From Candidatus Omnitrophota bacterium (GTDB taxonomy: Bacteria; Omnitrophota; Gorgyraeia; Zapsychrales; Fredricksoniimonadaceae), in NCBI GenBank assembly GCA_903861305.1, contig CAIOTT010000045.1:1-57333 (forward strand): a stretch of DNA of 57,333 bases, read 5' to 3'. This document shows, in pieces, positions 50,063-57,333 of the stretch. Both the position numbers and the translations under genes were made by a program. Under the pieces are notes generated by a model. It had not been told where the DNA came from and searched no databases. It saw nothing but the letters and a program-made list of their open reading frames with translations. Every line of letters starts with the position of its first letter. The first letter of the stretch is position 1.

Positions 50063-50833
50063 ATGAAATCGTTGCTTGTAAAAGTTTTTATGATGCTTTC
50101 AGCGGCGTTCTGCATGCTGGAGGGGCTCGTCCTGATCGCGGTTGGCCTTGGTCGGCTTCCGTCTGAACAATTGCTGGCGGTCTATACCCGTTTGATGGCG
50201 GCGCCCAAATCCCTGACAACCGTCCTGGGTATCGGTGTGTTTTTTGTCCTGCTGGGCTTTATTCTTCTTATCCTTTCTTCTCGGACCAAGCCGGTCCCGC
50301 ATGAGATCCAGGTGGAGAAGGATGGCAAGGTCTTGAACATCCCTGAGAGGGCGGTCAAGGATTTTATCCTGCAGATCATCGCGCAGAATCCCTGCACTTC
50401 TGATGTTACGGTCGCTTTTGAGCGTAAGGAAAAAGATATCGAGATCGAGATATCCGCTTCACTTGACGGTGTTTCATCGATCTACAAAGAGTTGAACGAG
50501 ATCGAGGACGTCCTCAAGAGCGAGCTCGACCGGGTATTCGAGTGGAAGGCCTTCACGATCAGCTTCCATTTGCGCGGTATCGGGGTTGACCCTAAAAAGA
50601 AATATTTTGCCGCGGCGCCTGCTGCTGTAGCGATCGCTGCAGCGGTCGAACAGGTTTCCCCTGCCTCGGAAGAAAAGGTTGAAGCCACTGAAGAGCCTCT
50701 GCGATCTGTCTTGGTTTCCGAGGCCGATGAAGAGGATGAAAAACCCGTCAACGAACAGTTGTTGGCGCGCAAAACACCCAAAGAGAGCCCTAAAGCCAGT
50801 TCATTTTTCAGTAAAATTTTACTAGGAAGATAA
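50063..50833 (+). CDS. AmaP/Asp23-like membrane anchor protein
   Basis: Two N-terminal TM segments, G.V.I...AV..F Asp23-like segment, acidic C-terminal tail. Confidence 0.55.
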   Translation: MKSLLVKVFMMLSAAFCMLEGLVLIAVGLGRLPSEQLLAVYTRLMAAPKSLTTVLGIGVFFVLLGFILLILSSRTKPVPHEIQVEKDGKVLNIPERAVKDFILQIIAQNPCTSDVTVAFERKEKDIEIEISASLDGVSSIYKELNEIEDVLKSELDRVFEWKAFTISFHLRGIGVDPKKKYFAAAPAAVAIAAAVEQVSPASEEKVEATEEPLRSVLVSEADEEDEKPVNEQLLARKTPKESPKASSFFSKILLGR

Positions 50834-52827
50834 TGGCGATCAGCCCCGCAGAAAGCCAACAGAGCCGTGTGCCCGAGGCGCATGGAAGCACGGGCGTGCC
50901 CCATGGCGCGCGTGTGAGGAAAGTTGCTATTGTCGGCCTTCCCAATACCGGCAAGACCCAGATATTCAACAACCTCACCGGCGAATACAGCATCGTTGCC
51001 AACTACCCCGGCACCACGATTGAAATGAGGCGCTCTGTCGTCATGATCAAGGACCAGCGTTACGAGGTCATTGATACACCGGGCCTGCATTGTTTATACA
51101 TCCATTCTGAAGAAGAGGTCGCTGTCCGCGACATGATCCTTGCGGAAGCGCCCGATGTTATTGTCCAGTGCCTTGATGCCAGCCAGTACAAACAGTCATT
51201 GCTTCTGACCGCGGAACTGCTGGAACTGGAAACGCCGATGGTCCTGGTGCTCAATGCCATGGATGAGGTCGGGCGTAAGGGGTTATGGGTCGATTCCACA
51301 CAGCTTGAGAAACTTCTTGGTATCCCTGTTGTCGAATCAGTGGCTTTGCGCGGCTTGGGCAAGGAAGAGCTGAAAGCCGCCATAGCAGCTGCCAGGAAGA
51401 GTTCCCTGAACGTCGCCTATGGGTTCAGGATCGAAAGCTTGATACTGGAACTTACTTCGGCGCTCCCTTTTTCGCTTGAATTCAAACACAAGATCGCAAC
51501 CCTCCTGTTGCAGAACGATCCTTTTTTGGAGAAGTACCTTGAGAAAAGAGTCGACGCCCAGGCGCTGACCCAACTGCGTTCGACGCTGGCGAATATTCGC
51601 GGGCAGGGCAAGGGCAACATTGCCCAGGCCATCAATGATAAACGCAACCGCTGGATCGACACGGTCGCCGCATCGGCTGTCAGGAAGCAAAAAATATCGT
51701 ACCAGGGGCTTTCACACTACGTCACCCAGGCCAGCCGCCAGCCGCTTTTTGGGATACCTATTTTCTTGTTCCTGATGGCGGTGGTATACCTTTCGGTAGT
51801 GTATGTCTCGGGAGCACTGGATAAACTCATCAATTTTGTGGCTGTTGCGCCCGTGACCGCCCTGATCACGTCTCTGTCCCTGCCTGTGTTCTGGAATGAC
51901 CTTCTGATCGGCAACCACGGCATCCTGACACTGGGGCTCTTTAACGCTATCTGCACGGTCCTTCCGATCCTTTCCGTGTTCTTCTTTATTTTTGGATGTT
52001 TTGAGGATAGCGGGTACATAACGAATTTTACGGTTTTGACCAAGACGATATTTGAAAAGATCGGGATACCCGGCAACGCCATTACATCGTTGGTCCTGGG
52101 TTTTGGCTGCAAGACCATGGCGACCCTCAGCACGCGCGGGCTTACGGTCAGGAAAGAGAAATTCATTGCTGTTTTTCTTATTGCCTTTGCCATTCCATGC
52201 TCGGCGCAGCTGGGGATCTCCATGGCTATCCTGGCGCGCGTGGGCCTGAGCGCTTTTTTGACCGTTTTTGTCGTGCTCATCCTTTGCGAGGTCGGGGCAG
52301 GGCTTTTGCTCAATACGATCCTTAAAGGACGGGACGCGAGCTGGTTTATTCAGGTCATCCCGCCATTGCGTTTCCCAAGCATGCGGGCGGTCTGCCGTAA
52401 GACCTACCACCGCATCGTCGATTTCCTGAAAGAAGCCCTTCCTATTTTTATTTTTTCGGCTGTAGGGTTGTTCATTTTTGACAAAACCGGCCTTTTGGGC
52501 CTTACCAAGCAGGCCATGACCCCCATGATCGTAAATTGGATGGGGCTTCCTAAAGATATCATTGATGTGTTCCTTCTGGCCCTTGCGCGGCGTGAAGCAG
52601 CCGCCGGGCTTATCCTCAAGATGGTCGATGCCGGTTCCCTGAACTATATCCAGTCCATTCTCGCGGTGATCGTGACAACGATATCATTCCCCTGCGTGGC
52701 GAACGTTATTGCCATCGGCAGGGAGATGGGGTGGAAAACAGCGCTCTTGATGACGACCCTTATCTTTGTTTCGTCATTCATCCTCGTTGGGGCGCTGCGG
52801 TGGGTATTGGTCCTTGTGTGTCACTGA
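50833..52827 (+). CDS. feoB: Ferrous iron transporter FeoB (magnetosome-cluster type)
   Basis: G1 GLPNTGKT, ANYPGTT, DTPG, NAMD; gate motifs EDSGY, LGFGC, IPCSAQL, FPC. Confidence 0.92.
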   Translation: MAISPAESQQSRVPEAHGSTGVPHGARVRKVAIVGLPNTGKTQIFNNLTGEYSIVANYPGTTIEMRRSVVMIKDQRYEVIDTPGLHCLYIHSEEEVAVRDMILAEAPDVIVQCLDASQYKQSLLLTAELLELETPMVLVLNAMDEVGRKGLWVDSTQLEKLLGIPVVESVALRGLGKEELKAAIAAARKSSLNVAYGFRIESLILELTSALPFSLEFKHKIATLLLQNDPFLEKYLEKRVDAQALTQLRSTLANIRGQGKGNIAQAINDKRNRWIDTVAASAVRKQKISYQGLSHYVTQASRQPLFGIPIFLFLMAVVYLSVVYVSGALDKLINFVAVAPVTALITSLSLPVFWNDLLIGNHGILTLGLFNAICTVLPILSVFFFIFGCFEDSGYITNFTVLTKTIFEKIGIPGNAITSLVLGFGCKTMATLSTRGLTVRKEKFIAVFLIAFAIPCSAQLGISMAILARVGLSAFLTVFVVLILCEVGAGLLLNTILKGRDASWFIQVIPPLRFPSMRAVCRKTYHRIVDFLKEALPIFIFSAVGLFIFDKTGLLGLTKQAMTPMIVNWMGLPKDIIDVFLLALARREAAAGLILKMVDAGSLNYIQSILAVIVTTISFPCVANVIAIGREMGWKTALLMTTLIFVSSFILVGALRWVLVLVCH

Positions 52828-52858
52828 CGTTGTAACGTAATCAGGAAGGCCACGCTTG

Positions 52859-53731
52859 ATGTACCAACGGACTGTCAACGGGACATGGTTCGCCGACCGG
52901 CAATCGCTGTGTTTGATGATCGCCGGCGCGCTTTTGGCGATCCTGCTGGCCGTTAACTTCTTGTGCAATGACACCCCGGACCGCGGACGTATTGTCCGTA
53001 TCAGTGGCCGTGTCACGCTCGAGCGCGCGGGCGAGGCCGTAACTCCGGGCGTAGGGATGTTGTTGAACGCCCAGGATAAAATATTGACCGGCGCGGACTC
53101 TTATGTTGAAGTTTCCTATGACGAGGCTGACAAGGATATCATGCGCATCGGGCCAGGGTCCCGCGTTGTCTTTGAAAGCGCCAGGATCGAGAAGCGTACG
53201 GCCATTTTCATGGACAGAGGCGAGATCAAGCTCAAACTCGACAGCCTTCAAAAAGGTTCGATGTTCAAGGTGCGCACACCGGTGGCCATTGCTGGTGTCC
53301 GGGGGACCGCGTTCGGCGTCCGGTTCAATGGCAAAGAGGTCCTGATCACGGATTACGAGAGCCGTATCTTTGTGAAGGGCTTGACACCGAACTACCTTGA
53401 GATGAACGACGAGCTATTGTTGAGCAATGGCTGGAACGTCCAGGTCGCGCAGTTCGAGAAGCCTTCAAGGGTGGCGCGCATGTCCGTCCAGGAGTTGCAG
53501 GAGTGGAAATCGTGGCTGGCCTCTGTTGACGCCTTGCCCAAAGCGGCGTCCGTGAGCAACGCGTCTTTTGTAAGCTTTATCCATTTCGCTCCGGGTTCCT
53601 GGCACCAGGCCGTGACGTTCCTGACGGCGGTGAGAACAAATCTCTCTTTATCACCATCAGCCCTGGCCCTTATGCTGTATGCTGTGCTGGCGCTGGGGAT
53701 GGGAAAAGTCGTGGAGAAAGTATGGCTGTGA
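52859..53731 (+). CDS. FecR-domain membrane protein
   Basis: G.V...GM.L...DKI.TG.DS, VRTPVAIAGVRGTAF; N- and C-terminal TM segments. Confidence 0.8.
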   Translation: MYQRTVNGTWFADRQSLCLMIAGALLAILLAVNFLCNDTPDRGRIVRISGRVTLERAGEAVTPGVGMLLNAQDKILTGADSYVEVSYDEADKDIMRIGPGSRVVFESARIEKRTAIFMDRGEIKLKLDSLQKGSMFKVRTPVAIAGVRGTAFGVRFNGKEVLITDYESRIFVKGLTPNYLEMNDELLLSNGWNVQVAQFEKPSRVARMSVQELQEWKSWLASVDALPKAASVSNASFVSFIHFAPGSWHQAVTFLTAVRTNLSLSPSALALMLYAVLALGMGKVVEKVWL

Positions 53732-54480
53732 CACGCAATGACGATCAGGATGAACACATTGAGCAATTGTGGTACATGAAGGAGGAGGGCAAGTCTTCTC
53801 TTGAATTCATGAAGAAAGCCATGAAACGCGCGTTTGATCCTAAGGTGGTCGATGAGTTGGCGCAACGCGGCCTTGTCGAACGCGGCGGGGAACCTGTAAC
53901 TATCAGATTGACGGTCCAGGGAGAAGCCAGGGCCCGTCAATTGATCCGCGCGCATCGTTTGGCGGAGCGGCTGATTGCCGACGTCCTGGGTGGCGGCGAT
54001 CTGGAGCAGATCGCGTGTGAATTTGAACATACCGTATCCCTGGAACTGGTCAACGGTATTTGCACGCTCTTGGGCCATCCCAAGGAATGCCCTCACGGCA
54101 TGCCTATCCCGGAAGGCGATTGCTGCCGTCTGGCCAAAAAATCAGAATTCAGTTTTATCATCCCCCTCGGTGACCTGAAACTTGGTGAAAGTGCCCGGAT
54201 CGCCTATATCAATTGCAAGAGCGACCAGCAGATCCACAAGCTTGAGGGCTTGTGCATACGTCCCGGTGTTGTCATCAAGCTGCATCAGACTTATCCGACC
54301 CATGTCATCGAGTGCGAAGGCGCCAGCATTGCCCTTGATAAAGGCGTTGTGGCGAATATATCGGTCTGGAAAAATCAGCCAGGGGTTGATGAGGTGGCCC
54401 TGTCCCAGGTTACTGACAAGAAAGAGCCTGCCAGCACAGGGAATAAATTTGTTGATTTCCTTTTCAGGAAAGTATTGTAG
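53722..54480 (+). CDS. DtxR/MntR-family metal-dependent regulator with FeoA domain
   Basis: LT..G...A..LIRAHRLAERL, ACEFEH, LGHPKECPHGMPIPEG, C-terminal FeoA. Confidence 0.85.
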   Translation: MAVTRNDDQDEHIEQLWYMKEEGKSSLEFMKKAMKRAFDPKVVDELAQRGLVERGGEPVTIRLTVQGEARARQLIRAHRLAERLIADVLGGGDLEQIACEFEHTVSLELVNGICTLLGHPKECPHGMPIPEGDCCRLAKKSEFSFIIPLGDLKLGESARIAYINCKSDQQIHKLEGLCIRPGVVIKLHQTYPTHVIECEGASIALDKGVVANISVWKNQPGVDEVALSQVTDKKEPASTGNKFVDFLFRKVL

Positions 54481-54504
54481 AATAAATCACTTCTGGAGGA
54501 TTTT

Positions 54505-55704
54505 ATGGAAGACCATCTTGAAGCTTTACGTCAGAAGCAAAAAAAGCTGACGTTCCTTTTCGGCGAACTTGTTTACGGTCTTTGCCGGTCCGACGATGCC
54601 CGGTTCCGTCCGATCGCCGAGAATAAAGAGGCAAAGAAGTTTTTGGACCTTCTGGACTATCTGGCTGACAGGATCGACAAGATCGAAGCCCTTTACAGTG
54701 TCGAACTTGAAGCTGAAGCCCAGGCGGAAGAGGACGAAGCTGCGGGTATGGCACAGCCTGAAGCAGAGCCTGTCGCTGAAGATGTGCCTGAGGCGGAGGG
54801 ATCATTTGAAGAGGCGGCGGTTGAGGAAGAAGCCGCGGCGGCGCAGGAAGCCATCACCGCGGAAGCTCCTGTCGAGGTTGCTGTCCCTCAGGAAGAAGCC
54901 GAAGCTGAACCTTTGCCTTCAGTAGATGATGTCCCGGCAGAGGATGAAGAGCCCCAGATCACGGAAGCCGTGGAAGATGAGGTCAATCTGATCGTTGCAG
55001 AAGAGAACCCTTCGCGTTCCTCTCTTTCCCGTCAGAGGTCTGAAGCCGCTGACACGCTGGCGGAGATACTGGAAACCGCCAAATTCTCGTCGAGCGCTAA
55101 CCGGAGGCTCTTTGAAAAGAATATCAAGCAGTTGCGCATGGGAACCGAGCTTGAGCGTGAGATCAGCGTGGCTCAGATCGCTCATATAACTCCAAAGGCA
55201 GCCCTCCACAGGGTTTACGAGATCGCGATGCGTGACGAGAGCCCCCTGGTCCGTCTTACTGTCATCAAGAATATTTCACGGATGAAAGAAGGTGATGCCG
55301 AAGGTTTTTTTGATCTTGGCATCAATGATCCGGATCCCAAGGTCAGGGCGGCCGCGATCAAGGGCCTGGGCAGCCGTGTTTGCGAAAAGCACCGCAAACT
55401 GCTCGAAGGGTTGTTGAAGGACGATGATGTCCATGTGCGGGGCCTGGCTGTTACCTACCTGGGGATATATTACGGTAAGGATGGGGTAAAAAAAGCCATG
55501 ACCTCGTGGACGGATGACAGCCCTTATGTGCGCGCCAGCCTCCTGGAAATGCTTTCTATCGTCAAGCCCGACGGGGTTCTCACGATCGTGAAGGACCTTC
55601 TTTCTGATCCAGATCAAGAAGTAAAAAAAGCGGCTGAGAAAGCGCTGGAAAAACTCATGCCGGAACGAACAAAAGGAAAAGCTAATGGCAAAAGAAAAAA
55701 ATAA
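54505..55704 (+). CDS. HEAT-repeat protein with acidic linker, Mad23-like
   Basis: C-terminal HEAT/PBS repeats (DESPLVR, DPDPKVR, DDDVHVR, DDSPYVR, DPDQEVK); E/A/P-rich middle; cluster context. Confidence 0.75.
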   Translation: MEDHLEALRQKQKKLTFLFGELVYGLCRSDDARFRPIAENKEAKKFLDLLDYLADRIDKIEALYSVELEAEAQAEEDEAAGMAQPEAEPVAEDVPEAEGSFEEAAVEEEAAAAQEAITAEAPVEVAVPQEEAEAEPLPSVDDVPAEDEEPQITEAVEDEVNLIVAEENPSRSSLSRQRSEAADTLAEILETAKFSSSANRRLFEKNIKQLRMGTELEREISVAQIAHITPKAALHRVYEIAMRDESPLVRLTVIKNISRMKEGDAEGFFDLGINDPDPKVRAAAIKGLGSRVCEKHRKLLEGLLKDDDVHVRGLAVTYLGIYYGKDGVKKAMTSWTDDSPYVRASLLEMLSIVKPDGVLTIVKDLLSDPDQEVKKAAEKALEKLMPERTKGKANGKRKK

Positions 55705-56134
55705 CAAGAATTCAGGTGAAGCTTTTGTAAAGACTGTTTCATACGGGACCGGCCTTATTTGCAAGAAGATCGCCGCGCTGGGAAAGGTCACCCAGACGAA
55801 GGCCTGGAAGAACGCGATCGCCAAAACAAAAGATGTGTGCGAAACGGTCGGCGGGAAGGCCGATGTCCTCCTTGATAAGGTGGCTACAAGTGTTGAAGAG
55901 GGTGCGCGGGATATTGGAAAATCCTTTAACGCCGGCATGAAATCTGTCGCCGAGGAAGCCAAAGAGACGGCTGTGCCTAAAAAGAAGTCTGCCGGCAAGG
56001 CCAGGCCTAAGGGCAAGCTCAAGAGCGCGGCCCGCAAGGCCAAGGTGGCGGCTGCTGTTGCGCAGGATATACCTGTTGAGCCTGTGCTGGAGCAAGAGAT
56101 CGAGAATGTCACCAAGGACGTCGAGACCGTATAG
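55685..56134 (+). CDS. Hypothetical basic helical protein
   Basis: 149 aa, K/A-rich, overlaps the upstream stop; SD AAGGA. Confidence 0.6.
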   Translation: MAKEKNNKNSGEAFVKTVSYGTGLICKKIAALGKVTQTKAWKNAIAKTKDVCETVGGKADVLLDKVATSVEEGARDIGKSFNAGMKSVAEEAKETAVPKKKSAGKARPKGKLKSAARKAKVAAAVAQDIPVEPVLEQEIENVTKDVETV

Positions 56135-56167
56135 ACTTTTTCGCGCTAGACGGACTGAAAGTATAAG

Positions 56168-57333
56168 ATGGCAACAAAAAAGACGCAGGAACTTCTCCAG
56201 GAGTCTGAAAAGCAGGCTGAATCCGTGTATGCTTCCCTTGGCCGGCTGCTCTACGAGAACATCCAGGCCGGGGCGATCAGTTATTCCTTTACATCGCCTG
56301 ATACCGCGCTGACCGCCAAGGCCAAGCGGCTGCTGAGGGATATTGTTGCGGAGAAGATCTCGGATCGAAGGACAAAACGTGCACCCCTCCTGCGTCCGCC
56401 GCCGGCTAAGGCTCCGGTCAAAGCACCGGTACGTCCTTCTGTTGAGATACCCCCCAGGAAAGCACCGAAAAACAAGGTCGTGGCTGTCCTCAAGGGCGTG
56501 GGGCATGTTCTCTCCGACCTGTCCGCGGCCGCAGCGCCTGCGCCTGCAAATGCGCCAAAGCCCGCGGTTTCCCGGCGAGGCCAGCTGGATCCCTATACAA
56601 AACTTATTGTTACGGGGCAGGTCTGCGCGAACAAGATCATTGATGTTCAAAAAGATTTTAATGACTGTCTCAGTGCCGGTCTCTTGCATACCACCGGCGA
56701 GCGGACGGCGGTCTTTCAGGCAGCTGCGGATGAGAAGATCCAGTCTATCATTTCATTGATGGCCCACAGGCGGGAGGAGATCAAAAGCGTTATGGAACAA
56801 AAAAGACAGTTCTTCGCGGAGAATCCCGAGGCCCCTATCTGGAAGGCCGAAGAGAATTTTCTCAAACATGTAGAACAGGAGATCGATGAAACCACGCGGC
56901 ATATCGATCGCCTTGTTGACGAGGTTGTCGGGCTTTTTAAGAACATCAACGATGTGTTTGAAAAAGACCTGGAGCACGCGCGGCTTTCCCGTGAAGCCCG
57001 CGCCGCGCTGGCCCAAGAGCCTGAAGAGGCCCCTCAGGAGGAGCCGTTACTTCCGGATCCGGTGTCCGATGAACCGGAGCCTTCCGTTGAAGAAGAGGGT
57101 CTTGTTGCTGAAGTGGCAACAGAAGAAGCCTTTGCCGCTGAATCTGAAGAAACCTCGTCTGAAGAAGCGGGTGATTACGGGCTATTTGAGACGGCGGCAC
57201 GCAAACTCGGCCGCGAGAGCATTTCCGACGAAGAGAAGCTCGCCGTCCTGCACACGCTTTTCCGCAATGCGCCCAAGAGGGCGGTCCCGTTCTTTTATGA
57301 ATTGACGCGGGAAGCGGATATCTTTTTCCAGAG
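56168..57333 (+). CDS. Hypothetical coiled-coil/acidic protein, 3'-truncated (not in ORF track)
   Basis: MATKKTQELLQESEKQAESVYASLGRLLYENIQAG...; frame open to the window end (...ELTREADIFFQ). Confidence 0.75.
   Translation, partial: MATKKTQELLQESEKQAESVYASLGRLLYENIQAGAISYSFTSPDTALTAKAKRLLRDIVAEKISDRRTKRAPLLRPPPAKAPVKAPVRPSVEIPPRKAPKNKVVAVLKGVGHVLSDLSAAAAPAPANAPKPAVSRRGQLDPYTKLIVTGQVCANKIIDVQKDFNDCLSAGLLHTTGERTAVFQAAADEKIQSIISLMAHRREEIKSVMEQKRQFFAENPEAPIWKAEENFLKHVEQEIDETTRHIDRLVDEVVGLFKNINDVFEKDLEHARLSREARAALAQEPEEAPQEEPLLPDPVSDEPEPSVEEEGLVAEVATEEAFAAESEETSSEEAGDYGLFETAARKLGRESISDEEKLAVLHTLFRNAPKRAVPFFYELTREADIFFQ

Larger units (their letters stand above)
36834..57333 (+). other. Magnetosome gene cluster (continues beyond window)
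   Basis: Co-oriented mamI, E, P, L, M, B, A, Q, N-like, O-like, feoB and HEAT protein; magnetochrome motifs. Confidence 0.92.

Noticed and set aside
52827-52838. Short inverted repeat ACGTT-GT-AACGT after feoB as a DtxR operator
   Set aside because: Too short, and no second copy was found.
1-57333. CRISPR arrays, tRNA/rRNA genes, IS elements, cobalamin riboswitch near cobO
   Set aside because: No repeat-spacer periodicity, RNA-gene signature, transposase ORF or B12-box was recognised by eye. A covariance-model scan would be needed to exclude small RNAs.

Overview
Bacterial genomic window, almost entirely + strand, in three blocks. (1) 1-14.4 kb: a PAS-kinase/response-regulator/HD-GYP module, a housekeeping run (acnA, leuCD, aroC, SDR, nitroreductase, ferritin-like/VIT1 transporter) and a small cobalamin-sensor cassette (stand-alone CarH-type B12-binding domain, PAS-like/Cys4 protein, cobO), then tcdA on the - strand. 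(2) 14.5-36.2 kb: a signalling block with a Wsp/ACF-like chemosensory operon (3 MCPs, one with a periplasmic CxxCH; CheA-REC, CheB, 2 CheW, CheR-TPR, REC-kinases), an orphan cysA, a CHASE2-PP2C/anti-sigma/STAS module and apbE. (3) 36.8 kb to the window end: a magnetosome gene cluster (mamI, mamE, PDZ protein, NifX-like/Zn-ribbon/magnetochrome protein, LITAF-like protein, mamP, mamL, mamM, mamB, mamA, mamQ, PDZ-fused mamN-like, TauE-only mamO, feoB, DtxR/FeoA protein, Mad23-like HEAT protein). The host is therefore very probably magnetotactic, and the gene set looks non-alphaproteobacterial (inference). mamI, a PLDc_N-like microprotein and the last, truncated gene are missing from the supplied ORF track. 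No rRNA, tRNA, CRISPR array, transposase or integrase was recognised. All family calls come from motif recognition by eye, not from database searches.
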